Source of the DNA: Octopus vulgaris
Taxonomy: Eukaryota
Direction of reading: 5' to 3'
DNA length: 64,000 nucleotides
Assembly: GCA_951406725.2 (NCBI GenBank)
Contig: OX597829.1
Span: 14,694,001-14,758,000 of the forward strand
Within the stretch, counting starts at the first letter, position 1, and each line of letters opens with the position of its first letter. Position numbers and translations under genes: made by a program. Under the pieces are notes generated by a model, which was given only the letters and a program-made list of their open reading frames with translations, did no database searches and was not told where the DNA came from. This document shows positions 14,600 to 27,904 of this stretch, in pieces.

Positions 14600-14860
14600 A
14601 GACATTGATAGATAGACAGACAGAGCAGACAGATAGGTAGATAGATATATAGACAGACAGGTAGATAGATATATAGACAGATAGATAGAGAGAGAAGTAG
14701 ACAGATAGATAGAGAAATAGGGAGAAGGAGAGAGACAAAGAGTTAGACTGGCAGACAGGTAGACGGATATATAGATAGAATGACAGACAGACAGAGAAAT
14801 AGATAGCTGAGAAGACAGACTGACAGACATATTGACAAAAAAACAGACCGATAGATAGAT

Positions 14861-14930
<70 letters not shown>

Positions 14931-14944
14931 GTAGATAGGTAGAT

Positions 14945-14976
<32 letters not shown>

Positions 14977-14980
14977 TATC
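14600..14980. repeat. (GATA)/(GACA)n microsatellite
   Basis: Direct reading. Confidence 0.95.
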
Positions 14981-15639
14981 ACTACACACCATCGAAGGAC
15001 AACATCACGTTCTTCTTCATCAATGACGGATGCTGCTAGTTTCATTCTCATTCCCACCAATACCGCATTAGAACGACTTCTCTTACTCTTCATACCTGGT
15101 TTATTCTCTCTCTCATTCACTCTTATTCTTCCGTTCATCAACGCTCGTTTTTCCAGCTTCTCTCTTATTCTCTTTCTATATCGTGTTCATTCGTGTTTAC
15201 TCTCTTTCTATTTTTCCTCTCTTCCAAGTTCATTTTCTTTCTCGACTTGTTTCTCATTGATCTCTCCTCTCGTTCACTCTCTTTTATCTCATTCTCTGTC
15301 TCACCTCGTTTAATCTATTTCTCTGACTTTCTGCTTCCTTCTCTCTCTCATTTTCTTTTGTTCAATCTTTTTCGCACTCTCTCTCTCCTTCTCTCTCTCT
15401 CTCTCCGTTTCTCTATCTCACTATCTCTCGTTCTCTCTATTTCTCACAATCACTCTTGCTCTCTCTCTCATTCTCTCTATCATTTTCTCTTCCTCAATTT
15501 TTTCTTACTCCTTCACTCACTTTCTCTGTCTCTCTTATTCACTTTCTCTATCGATCATTTTCTGTCTCTTTTTTCTCTGCTTATTTTTTCCGGATGGGGG
15601 TGGAGTGGGATGGCTCCATACTTTGAAACAGTTACTTAG

Positions 15640-15680
15640 TTTCTCTCTCTCTATCTCTCTCCCCCTCTCTCCATCTCTCC

Positions 15681-15762
<82 letters not shown>

Positions 15763-15767
15763 CTCTC

Positions 15768-15828
<61 letters not shown>

Positions 15829-15850
15829 ATATATATATATATATATATGT
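15640..15850. repeat. (CT)/(TCTA)n/(TA)n compound microsatellite
   Basis: Direct reading. Confidence 0.95.
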
Positions 15851-17240
15851 TTGTATATATGTATCTATATATCCACCAAACCACCATTCCAGCTCTCCCC
15901 CGCTCTCTCTCTCTCTCTCACTCTGTCTACCTTCACATCTTTTTATTCTCCCCTCTCTTTATAAGTACCTATCTACACATCCCATTTTGTCTCCCTCTCT
16001 CCATCTATTTCCCCATATGTATATCATATTACCTCTCATTAACACACCACCCTACCCCACAACCATCCATGACCCAAATCCGCTGCGACCTACATTTAAT
16101 GGTAACCTTCACCTAAACAAGCTAGCTTAAACGCGCATTAAATGCGCACGCCTACTCGCTCATATACAATTATGCATACTCATACATACATACATACATA
16201 CATACATACATACATACATACATACATACATACATACATGTATATATATATATGCGCCTGTTTGCTTGCATTCATGTAGACATTTGCACATATTTGCATA
16301 TATACGTTTATATATACATAAACATACATATACACATACATAGATGCATATAAATATACATACTTATACATACAGTCACCGACAACAACAACACCACCAT
16401 TTCCACGACCATCACGGTGTATAGTAATTTCATTTGTCTATCCACACAGGAGTTTACTCTATTAAGCTCATCCACTGGTGCAGGCCATCAGTCTAGATAG
16501 TAATTGATCGACTTAGAATGAATGTTAGAATATAAAGAATTTTGAAATTTTTCATTTGTGTTCAATCACATGCAAATTATCCTTCAAGTCAGCGTGTATA
16601 TAATTTATTCGTTTTTTTTTTCTATTTAATAAGTAAGACATGGCATATAAAATCACTGAAAACATCAGTGTATATGTGTGTGTTTGTGTGCGAGCGTGCG
16701 CCTGCGCGCGACTTCTGAATGCTGTGGCGGCAGACATCTAACTCTTGAACACACAGGATCTGACCTACTGCAATAATTTGGCGAACGAGAAACTTTCAAA
16801 GTGATAAAACTATAAACGCATGTTTGGCATTTCATATCTAATGGAAAATGGAACGAGCATACCTTAAGAACAATAAGCCATTATTGAAGAATACAACCAT
16901 AAAATACTTTTGCTCATACAGAAACTATTAACAAGCAAATAACATACTTTAGCGCCTGCGAACTAAAACAATTTCGTATGCTTCTTTCCTTTATTTTATT
17001 TTCTTTTATATTTATATTTCTTCCTAGGCAGGTTACTCCAAACCAGTGGTTTGTTTTGTTTGTATTATGTAAATGTAATCATGTGAAAACGCCCAACACG
17101 ATATATTTATAAATTCTTGATAATTCAAGTTCCTGTAGCAAATGAATTTTATACATAATTCTGATTAGTTTGATGTGGTATGTGTCATTTCAATTACACC
17201 CCAAAAATCAATAGTTGCATATATTATTGCATAATATAGC

Positions 17241-17282
17241 AAGATTGACGACGTCAAATTCAGATGAAACAATTGTAAATTC
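17241..17282 (+). ncRNA. Degenerate hammerhead-like motif
   Basis: TTGACGA-C-GTC(loop)GAT-GAAAC-AATT-GTA; palindromic stem III, weak stem I. Confidence 0.4.
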
Positions 17283-17342
17283 ATGTAATAAAATGACTTT
17301 CTCACACCATTCTTCTTGTATTGCATTACACACACATATTCT

Positions 17343-17400
<58 letters not shown>

Positions 17401-17539
17401 TTGTATGTATGTATGTATGTATGTATGTATGTATGTATGTATAATGTGGTAGTTTTGGTGAAGCATTGTCAGTATAACGTTAAAGAATGTAGTTATGTAA
17501 GGCCGGAACCATGCGAGAATGTACAAAGTAAGCTACAAA

Positions 17540-17800
17540 AAGAAAAGGAAACTACAAAATTGCAGTTTTACCTTGGATTTCATATTTCGGGGTGAAGACC
17601 CCTTCTTCAGGAAATTCAGAAACGCGGTAGTTGGAGAAGGTTGCTGCTCAGATGTGTGTGTGTGGAGGGAAAATTAAGGGAGGAAGGAGGAAGGTGACGT
17701 GGGCGGACTGTTGTAGCTATAGCAATCAGTCTACCTCGTGTAGTTTCCTCCTGTTGTTAATGGCTAGTCTCATTTTGTTTATAAGGAGGTCTATATTAAT
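17540..17800 (-). mobile_element. Penelope-like 3' remnant with hammerhead motif at 17577-17615
   Basis: LLINKMRLAIN resembles the GIY-YIG C-terminus; ATTTC-CTGAAGA-A-GGGG(TCTTCA)CCCC-GAAATAT-GAAAT. Confidence 0.6.
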
Positions 17801-17809
17801 CAATGTGGC

Positions 17810-18764
17810 CGTCCTCGGCAGTGAGCAAGCGCTCCATGCGAGATCTGAAAGCTGCGCACAGGTTGCAAGCGAAGTCCTTCCCCATGCTGGCCCTCACGCG
17901 TTTGACGGAGGTTTCAGCTTTTCGACATTGCTGTAGCGGATCTTGGAGGCCTTGACCTTAACATGCACTCACATGCTGTTCTACTCGAGGGAGTTCAGGT
18001 CAGGTGACTGCAGTGGCTAAAATTCCTTCGACCAGAAATTCAGGTTCGATCCCAACCACTCTTGCACGACCTTGGCCGTGTCGGCTGGGGCACCGTCCTG
18101 CTGAAAGGCGAATTTTGCCTTCGTGATCTTGCTCACCCAGGGCAGGACTTTCGAGCCACGAGGCTGATCATCAACACGGAAGCTGGGTGTTTGGTCGCGG
18201 ACACGTAACGGACCTCAGTGACATCCTGGCCGAAGCTGACCACGCAATCGTTCTGCTTGTTGACTGTGAAGATATTTTCATCAGAACAAATGACAATTCG
18301 ATTGTCATGACACTTCAAGTCGTTGAGAAGGCGACGACAGCTCTCGACGTTGTTCCCGCATACTGTCGGCGAGCAAAGACTTTTCCGCGCACCTTAATCG
18401 CTTGTTGCCTTCCTCCTTGACAGCTCTGGTCTTCGCGAGCGCAGTCATTTTGGTTTTCGGATCTCTTTCGGAGGCCCTTCTCACAGCCAGACGTTCGACA
18501 ACATGAGGTCTGCCTCTCCACGACTATATGGACAGCTACCCGGCTGACGCTGAGCTGCTTGGCGAAGTCGGACTTGTGCCTCGCGTGCAGGACAGGAGTG
18601 ATCTCGATTCTTTTCGCCTCCATCCCGATACAATGGAAAAAGACTTTTTAATTGCACGTGCTGGAAAAATAGAAAGATAAGTACGTTTGATTGTACTTTT
18701 TCTATCACACGTAAACTTCTCGAAAGAGCAAAACCGAGTGTAATAGGACTTTTGCAATGCTCGG
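17810..18764 (-). mobile_element. Degenerate Tc1/mariner (maT/DD37D-like) transposon
   Basis: SDENIFTVNKQND, FQQDGAP...SPDLNSLE motifs; putative TA-flanked TIR at about 18733-18763. Confidence 0.85.
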
Positions 18765-18784
18765 TACAGACGCATGCACGCACG

Positions 18785-18858
<74 letters not shown>

Positions 18859-19284
18859 CCATCAGTCAGTGTGCTGACCAATGTACGAACCAGCTTGCTA
18901 GTTAGCCTGCTAGCCGGCCTGATGGCCATCCAGCAAACCTACCGGCTAGTCACCAAAATAGTTGGCCAATACGCAAGGTAAGCAGCAAGCAAGGCAGCTA
19001 GCAAGCCGGACAGCCAGCCGGCCAGCCAGTTCGTCTGCATGGCAAGTTCGTCTCCATCCATTTATCCATACAAAACAGGCACCCGCCTCTAATTCGGCTC
19101 GTTCTTGAAAATGTCATTACCTAAATACCGGCATTCATTAAATAACACACTTAACTATTTTGTATGACTGCTATTTCCAGCAGTGCCCTCATACTACTTG
19201 GTGCATTAATCTCTACTCAAACACAACCAACTTGCCGACATGAAAATCCGCGACCAGCCAGGTAGCCAGTTAACCCTTTAACAT

Positions 19285-20270
19285 CTTCATCATTTCACCT
19301 TCCGCTTCTTCTTCTTCTTCTTCTTCTTCTTCTTCTTCTTCTTCTTCTTCTTCTTCTTCTTCTTCTTCTTCTTCTTCTTCTTCTTCTTCTTCTTCTTCTT
19401 CTTCTTCTTGTTCTTCTTCTTCTTCTTCTTCTTCTTCTTCTTCTTCTTCTTCTTCTTCTTCTTCTTCTTCATCATTTCACCTTCCGCTTCTTCTTCTTCT
19501 TCTTCTTCTTCTTCTTCTTCTTCTTCTTCATCATTTCACCTTCCGCTTCTTCTTCTTCTTCTTCTTCTTCTTCTTCTTCTTCTTCTTCTTCTTCTTCTTC
19601 TTCTTCTTCTTCTTCTTCTTCTTCTTCCCCTTCTTCTTCTTTCATTTTCCCTTTTGCCTTTTTTCTTCCAAACCTTCGGCTTCATACTCTTTCCCTTCCC
19701 TTTTGCCTTCCCCCCTTCCTCTTCAGCTTCTTTTTAAATTTCCTAGTCAATTCACATGTTTAGATATAGCTTTATATCTTTCATTGATCTCATCAACTAT
19801 CTAACACGTATGCTTTATTCTACTCCTTCTTTCCTCCTTTTCCTTCTCCTACTTTTTCTTCTTGTCCATCTTCCGCTTCTAAACCATCGACACTATCTTT
19901 TTCCGCTCCTTCTTCTTCTCCATCTTCCTCCTCCTCCTCCTTCTTCTTCTTCTTCTTCTTCTTCTTCTTCTTCTTCTTCTTCTTCTTCTTCTTCTTCTTC
20001 TTCTTCTTCTTCTTCTTCTTCTTCTTCTCCATCTTCTTCTTCTTCTTCTTCTTCTTCTTCTTCTTCTTCTTCATCTTTTTCTTCTCCATCTCCTCCATCT
20101 CCTCCTCTTCCTTTTTCTTTTTCTTCTTCTCCTCCCCTCGTCCTCCTCCTCCTCTTCCTTTTTCTTTTTCTTTTTCTTCTTCTCCTCCCCTCCTCCTCCT
20201 CCTTCTTCTTCTTCTTCTTCTACTTCTTCTTCTTCTTCTTCTCCCCCCCCTCCCCCCTCCTCCTCCTCTT
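19285..20270. repeat. (TTC)n arrays with interspersed CATCATTTCACCTTCCGC units
   Basis: Direct reading; spacer motif near 19288, 19470 and 19529. Confidence 0.95.
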
Positions 20271-20469
20271 TCTTCTACGTCTCTCCCACTTCCTTTCCCT
20301 TTCACCGTTCCTACTTCTATTCACATTTTTAAATGCCATTTTTTTTTTCTTTTATTGATCTCAGCAAATATCTAACATGCGTGCTTTCATCTTTTATGCA
20401 GAATACAATCCCAATACATTAAAGGAATGATACAATTAATCTGTGTGAGAGAATTAACTGGTTGTTAAC

Positions 20470-20582
20470 GAGATCTACTTAAGCACAAACCAACAACGCG
20501 GTTCCGGGTTCGGTAGCATTACGCGGCACATTGGGCAAGTGAGTTGTGAGTGAATTTGGTACAGGCAAAGTGTATAAAGGCA

Positions 20583-20648
<66 letters not shown>

Positions 20649-20830
20649 ATGTAAATAGAGAGAAGGGGAGGGAGATGATAGCATAACTGTATGTTAGTGG
20701 AGATTGGTATCGCACTATGTAGCCGCAGTGCGATGTCTTGAGGAAAGGTCTTCTATGACTCCGGGCCGACCAATACATTATGGGGCAATTATTACACGGA
20801 AATTGTTTCGAAGACCATTGTGTGTCTGTG
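20470..20830 (+). mobile_element. Two CORE-SINE head fragments
   Basis: GGTTCCGGGTTCG B-box, TTGGGCAAGTG CORE motif, GGGCCGACCAA. Confidence 0.65.
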
Positions 20831-20841
20831 TATGTAACGTC

Positions 20842-21361
20842 GGCATCCGTCGGTCTCGAGAGACGATAGTGTAGCTCGGAAAAGATGGTGGGTTTATCTG
20901 CACTTCCTGATGAGCTACAAGGCCTGGGCAGATTTGTATGAGGGAACGGCGGGTCGATACAGCTTGGTACCAGATGAGTCACAGGAGTTGCCGGTGAGAT
21001 GCGTTGTGTCAGGCCGCCTTATAGACTCCAGCTCCGGATTTTCTGTCGGGGTTTACTCCCTTAGCCTTCCCCAGGAGTGGGGTCTTACCGCAAGGCAGCG
21101 GAGGTTTGAAATCGGAGTTTCCCTCTCCTAGGTGGGCTGCCAGTCAAGGCTGTCTAGTCCCAACTACCCGAAGCAACTGGTTTTAAGGCGCCAGTGACTC
21201 GCCTTTGGCCTTTCTCCTGTCAGTGGGAACAGTTTCGCCGCGGAAAGGAGGAGTTGGACTTGACTGTCAGAGGCTATTTGAGACACACGCCATCGGAGCA
21301 CTTTGTAGGCAGTGGAAGCTTATCCCCGCTAACACTCCCGGCTATAACAGCCTTTGAAACC
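20842..21361 (-). mobile_element. Bipartite non-autonomous RTE derivative (5' UTR fused to 3' tail)
   Basis: RTE 5' UTR-type GGCAGCCCACCTAGGAGAGGGAAAACTCCGATTTCAAACC and RTE tail-type ATCGTCTCTCGAGACCGACGGATGCC; no ORF. Confidence 0.7.
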
Positions 21362-21367
21362 AAAGGC

Positions 21368-21443
<76 letters not shown>

Positions 21444-21444
21444 T

Positions 21445-21830
21445 CTTTTACTGGTTACCGTCATTAGATTGCGGCCAGGCTGAGTGTTTTAGTCGAAACA
21501 AATGGATACAAGATTTTATTTTTAAAGTCTGGTACGTATTCCGTCGGGCCTTTGGCCGAACCGCTAGTCTCGAGATGTAAATACGCAAAAGATCGATTGT
21601 CAAGCTATCATAGGAAGACAAACACAGACATAAAGATACACTAACAAACACAAATACTCACATACACACAGACACATACATATATGACCAGCTTTTCTCA
21701 GTTCCCGTCTACCAAAACTTCTCACAAGGCTTTCGTCGGCCCGAGGCTATAGTAGAAGATACTTGCCCAATGTGCGACGCAGTGAGACTGAACCCAGAAG
21801 CTTCTTAGTACACAACAGCGCCTGCGCCAG
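21445..21830 (-). mobile_element. CORE-SINE (octopus OR/OK-like) with internal microsatellite
   Basis: tRNA head, TTGGGCAAGT CORE, body and tail homologous to the 57160 and 35295 copies. Confidence 0.8.
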
Positions 21831-21891
<61 letters not shown>

Positions 21892-21953
21892 TTTATATAC
21901 TTATATATGTAGACATATACATATATATATATGTATAAGTATGCATACATACA

Positions 21954-21995
<42 letters not shown>

Positions 21996-22009
21996 AATTC
22001 CACTATAAT

Positions 22010-22319
22010 GGAGGCGCAATGGCCCAGTGGTGGTCAGGGCAGCGGACTCGCGATCGTAGGATCCCGGTTTCGATTCCCAGACCGGGCGTTGTGCGTGTTT
22101 ATTGAGCGAAAACACCTAAAAGCTTCACGAGGCTACGGCAGGGGCTGGTGGCGACCCCTGCTGTACTCTTTCGCCACAACTTTCTCTCACTCTTTCTTCT
22201 GTTGGCCTGCTCGCTTAGCCAGCGGGGTGGCGTCATATGAAGGCTAAAATAATGCGAAGCGCATTGTGACCAGCGATGTGTAGCAACATCTGATAGCCTG
22301 GTCATTCACGGTGATCACG

Positions 22320-22325
<6 letters not shown>
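22010..22325 (+). mobile_element. tRNA-derived SINE with TCACGGTGA-repeat tail
   Basis: TGGCCCAGTGG A-box, GTTTCGATTCC B-box; the tail dimer recurs at 22368-22385. Confidence 0.8.
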
Positions 22326-22369
<44 letters not shown>

Positions 22370-22434
22370 ACGGTGATCACGGTGAGATATATATATATAT
22401 ATAGGAAATAGTAACCACGAATGGTGCTTAAAAT

Positions 22435-22520
22435 GTACTACAAATGTTTCGGTAGAATTTTATTAACTGTAGTCTTTTAAGATTATATAATAATATATAA
22501 TCCACCGTCAGCAGATAAAA
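22435..22520 (-). ncRNA. Degenerate hammerhead-like motif with long stem II
   Basis: TAT-CTGCTGA-C-GGTGGA...TCTACC-GAAAC-ATTT-GTA-GTA. Confidence 0.45.
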
Positions 22521-23803
22521 TTTTAAACCGGTAAGATTTAAACAAATAAGATGATGTTGGACTGCATATTATGATGTACTCTTTTACGTTTACATTAGAT
22601 AAAATTCTACCAAATGGTTTAAATTTTAAGCACCTTTCGTGTTCACTTTTATCCACTAGTGAGTCGTATCGATGATTTACAATGTTGTTTTCTATCACTC
22701 TGAGCTCAATTTGTTTGTATTTAGCCATTTTCTGGCATCTTATATGATGATGTGCTTTGATTGTTAAGGGATCCTTATAACTAAATCAACTTCACACACA
22801 CACACATACAATATTGGAGCCGAACCAAGTTATGTTATTTTAGAAGCATCTAATACGCACACTTCAGATCATTGCATGTTAAGTAATAGCAATGCATACC
22901 TTACGAAATCTTCCTCAGTTAATGCATTTGGAAATATTTTGAACTATAATAACTGAGGAACGTCCAACAAAAAGGGTGTGTTTTCCGTTATATATTATGC
23001 AACGCTCTGAAATGTACGTATTAAATGTTTTGCTTGACTTCATTGCTATAACTTATACGATTTGATTGAATACAAAGTAGCCTATCCTGTATTTACATGG
23101 ATACAAGTTTTGTACTATTTGAATTGAGTCGCAAATTCTGACACCGTTTATAGCTTCTAAGCTGCACGCAATGCGTGTGTATGTGTGTCTGCGCGTAGGC
23201 GTATCTGTGTGGTTAAGAAGTGCATTTTGTGAGTGAATGTCACAGAGGGAGACTGCATGGATGCAGTCTACAATGAATGCATCTTATATATATATGTGTG
23301 TGTGTGTGTGTGTGAGTGGCGTACATGGCTTGGTATTGGCTTGTCTACGTTGCAAGAATTAGTAGCTCGACTGAAGACACCGACAAAATATCTATCAAAC
23401 TTACAAGAAATAACCTTGAGTACTTTGTTTGATTTGCATGAATATATCATTCAATGTGGAAAAACTATCATAGCCTTCTTCTTCTTCTTCTTCTTCTTCT
23501 TCTTCTTCTTCTTCTTCTTCTTCTTCTTCTTCTTCTTCTTCTTCTTCTTCTTCTCCCCCTCCTCCTTCTTCTTCTTCTTCTTCTTCCTACCCTTTCCTGC
23601 CCCGCCTCTTCACGTACTTTTTTACTTTTTTCCCTAGCATGGCCGCAGTCTAATGATTGAAATAACAGATAAAAAAAACCAATAAAGGCTGCATATATTT
23701 ATATACACTTAGACATGCACTGACACACATACACACACACGCAAACATATAGGTGCATACATACACACATACATACACGCACATACACTCATACATACAT
23801 AAG

Positions 23804-23897
<94 letters not shown>

Positions 23898-24082
23898 TAG
23901 TATAAAATATGGATTTAGAGAATGGTGCGTAATCCTATGATGTCACGTGGTTAAATAAATATATATGCACCTCTTGTATCTGTTGACTGTTTTTTTATAC
24001 ATACCCATATATATATATATATAATATGCCCAGCCATATATATACGCATACATACACATACACGTTCGCGCACACACACACA

Positions 24083-24117
<35 letters not shown>

Positions 24118-24344
24118 GCATAGGATATGATTGAATACATATATATATATACACATATACACTTACTCTAAATGGTTGATTGATTATTTTTTTTTAAGAT
24201 ATCGACCAGAATTTGATACCCTTCCTATGATTTTGTGTGTAACAATATCCTGCAATGCCGACAGTAACATGATCTAGGAACATATATGAGGCTGATCATA
24301 TGCTTCAAACCTCACCGAAAACCAATAGCATCTTTCTTCTTTTT

Positions 24345-24823
24345 TACATGTTTCTGTCTTTTGGACTGCGGCCATGCTGGAGCACCACCTTGAAGGGTTT
24401 TAGTCTAACAAATCAACAACAGTACTTTTATATTTAACTCTGGTATGTTTTTTTTCTATCTACCGTCTTTGCTGAACCGTTAGATTACGGTGACGTAAAC
24501 AAACTATGGCAAGTTGTAAAGTGGTGGCGGGGCACAGGAACAAGGCACAAAGATAGACAGACAGACAGACAGACACTGAGATATGCACTGGCGCGAACGC
24601 ACACACACGCGCGAGTACACACACACACACATACACATATATATGTATGTATGTATATATATATATATATATATATATACCACGGGTTTCTTTCAGTTAC
24701 TTTTCACCAAATTCACTCAACTTCACACCACCTGGCGTGTGTTGAAAGACCCTTGACCTACGTGTCACGCAGTTGGATTGACCCGAAACCATATAGTTCA
24801 GGTGTGTATATATGTGTGCGTGG

Positions 24824-24854
<31 letters not shown>

Positions 24855-25311
24855 AGGATCAATAATGTATTCATATAATATATAATATCTAGATGTGGAT
24901 GTGTGGTTAAGAATCTGGGCTTGTTTCTCGACTGAGTGAACTTGGGTATGGTGCCATGTAGTACTTTCTACTATAACCCCATGCTGACCATGGCACGGAC
25001 GTGGGGTTGTGGTAACAAGCTCACTTCCTAACCATGTTGTCGTATATTCAGCTACATTGCGTGGCTCTCTTTGAGCAAGTGCTTGCTACTGGAGCCACGT
25101 GCTGACCACTAGGACTTGTAAGTGGATTTCGTGGACGGAAGCTAAAGGAAGCTGTCTTTTTATCTTTTATCTATTAGTGTGCCCATGCTGGGGCACCAGT
25201 TTGAAGGGCTTAATCGAACAGATCACCCACAGTTCCTATTTTCTAAGTTTCATACTTGTTGGTTCGGTGTCTGTTGCCGAACCGCTAATGTAACAGTGAT
25301 GTAAACTAACC
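24345..25311. mobile_element. Cluster of old CORE-SINE copies in both orientations
   Basis: GCGGCCATGCTGGAGCACC tails, CORE motifs, tRNA heads. Confidence 0.7.
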
Positions 25312-25465
25312 TATTTCTTTACCACCCACAAGGGGCTAAACACAGAGGGGACAAACAAGGACGGACAAACGGATTAAGCCGGTTATATTGACCCCAGTGC
25401 GTAACTGGTACTTATTTAATCGACCCCGAAAGGATGGAAGGCAAAGTCGACCTCGGCGGAATTTG
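25312..25465 (-). mobile_element. 5'-truncated Meta-domain SINE fused to a Tx1-like LINE fragment
   Basis: Meta core and tail; begins inside the B-box directly after LINE sequence. Confidence 0.9.
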
Positions 25466-26789
25466 CAAATGGATCGCTTGACCATCGGGACGCATCCTTT
25501 CCACAAGAAGCGGAAGAGAATGCGTTCTAGTTTGGTGATGGTAGGGTCGGGACAAGGTACGACGGTCAGGCGGTAGTAGATGATGGACGCGATGTACGTA
25601 TTCGCCACCTCCGCCCGACCTTTTAGGGACAGTTTCCTCTCGGCCCATTGCTGGGCGAGAGTGACCACCCTACTCGTTATCTCGTTCCAGTTCTTCTCCA
25701 TTTGAAGGTCCGGACCAAACCAGACCCCGAGCAACTCAACCGGGCCGTACGTCCAGCGTCCCACGACGGAGGTACTGGTGGACGACAGGGGCTCAATTCT
25801 CCAGGTGCCGAGCCGCAAGCCCACTGACTTTTCCCGGTTGATTTTTACTCCTATCACCGCTTCATAGTCTAACAGTGTCTCGCCGATCAGCTCGATGTGC
25901 TCGCGGCTTGACACTATGACGGTGACGCCGTCCGCGTATGCAGACACGCTCGTCCCGCATCCCAATTCTCGCTGGATGTCCTTCAGAGTCGCCAGCTTCC
26001 GCAGTAGTGGCTCAAGAGTCAATACGTATAGAAGCACCGAGAGGGGACATCCCTGACGGACCGAACGTGCAATGTCGAAATGTCTCGATAGATGTCCATT
26101 TACGCGAATTACCGAACGGATGCCTCTGTACAAGGCAGCTATCCAGCCGCGGAAGACGGGACCGAAACCAGCCGCTCTCAGGACTGCCTCCAAGTATCGA
26201 TGGTCTACTCTATCGAAGGCTTTCGATTGATCCAAGTTGATCAGGGCCCCACCTATGCCAGGTTCCTTAACTACTCTATCTATGATGTAGCGCATCAGAT
26301 GGAGGTTGTCATGGATGCTCCGGCCCGACACGGCGCACGTTTGTGCGTTGTCGACCAGTTTCTCGATGACAAGCGCCAACCTCTTGGCTAACACCTTTGT
26401 CAAAATTTTCAGGTCTGCATTGAGCAGAGTGATTGATGTAAAGTTATCTATAATGTTCCCCTTGTTTGGATCTTTCTTCAGCAGCTTTACGGCTCCTCGA
26501 CTCACAAAACCGGGTATGCTCCCGTTTTGCTGCCAGTTGCAGTATACCGCTGCCAAGACGTCTCCAAACAAGTGTGGCATACAATTGTAAAACTCGTAGG
26601 GCAGACCATCCAAACCCGGCGATTTGTCCCTAGAGCATTCTGCCATCACGTTCCGCCCATCCGTCGCCGTGATGGCACCTTCGCAGCACTCTGCCTCTCT
26701 TGCCGAGAGTCGTGGTAGGCTGTGCAGTTAAGCACTGAAGTCCACCCTGCGTTCACGCTCGCCACTCGTCCCGTACAGTCGGGCAATGT
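25466..26789 (-). pseudogene. Second Tx1-like LINE fragment (RT domain)
   Basis: Near-identical to about 11075-12375; GGALINLDQSKAFD, RQGCPLS, YADG; 5' end abuts (TATC)n. Confidence 0.95.
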
Positions 26790-26810
26790 AGATAGATATA
26801 TAGATAGATT

Positions 26811-26879
<69 letters not shown>

Positions 26880-27242
26880 ACTTACACGCATATTTCATTG
26901 GTGATCGACATTAGATAACATTGGAGTATTGGAACAAGTAGAATATTAATTTAAATTACGTCCTGTCTTCCTGATGAAATCTTGCAGGCCAAGTCTTCGA
27001 CATATCTTTCACTAATCTTTGACTGAAAGTGTATTGAACATGTACTCTAAAAACGCAGTTGTGTAATCTTTCACTTTTCTGTGTATATATGGCTTAACTG
27101 ATCGAAAGTGACCGAACCTTTTTAAGAATAAATTTGTACTTTACAAAAATATAGCATAAACCACAATGTTAATATAAAATTGATTTTATTATAACTGAAC
27201 TTAAACACAGACACAGAACAGAACACAGAACACACACAAACA

Positions 27243-27286
<44 letters not shown>

Positions 27287-27904
27287 ATGATTGCATACTT
27301 GTATATACACACAGGCACACACTCAAATTGAGAAACATACACATGTGTGCGTAACAAATATATACATATATTTGTATCATGCATTTAGACAAACTTTGTG
27401 TGTGTGTGCGTGCCCGCGCGCACGTGTTTGAATGCATGAATGCATGTATGTATATGTATATATATTGGTAGACGTGTTTGCATGCATGTATGTGTGTGTA
27501 TGTAAACGTTGCATGTTTTGTTGTGCCCTAGGGATAGACGTAATTTTTGAAAGTGTGAAGGTAACAGGTTCTATATTCCCTGAAGGACACCAAGGTAGTA
27601 ACTTAATATGACCCGTCATATGAGAATGGGATGCGAGATTGTGTGGGTGCACCAGAAGCCTACTTCTTTGAGAACATAACTGCCGGCGCAATGATAGATA
27701 AAAATTTGGTTTCAAATCACGGATATGCCCCTTCAGATAAAAACCCTAGAGAAATTTGAAGCATTTTTGTTTAACCTCATTAAAAAGATAAGGTTTCGGT
27801 ATCAATCTCACCCTTTCCTAAACACTTTGCTTAATTATTTGGTGCGCTTAAAGCATTTTCGCTGTGATAGTCTTTGTGATTATTGTTTCAGCCAAATTTC
27901 TTAA

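Noticed and set aside
19756-20358. Long Ser/Lys/Glu-rich ORFs
   Set aside because: (TTC)/(TCC) low-complexity sequence
22010-22085. Functional tRNA gene (also 7950-8030 and 57160-57230)
   Set aside because: tRNA-like heads run into SINE bodies; the cloverleaf is imperfect
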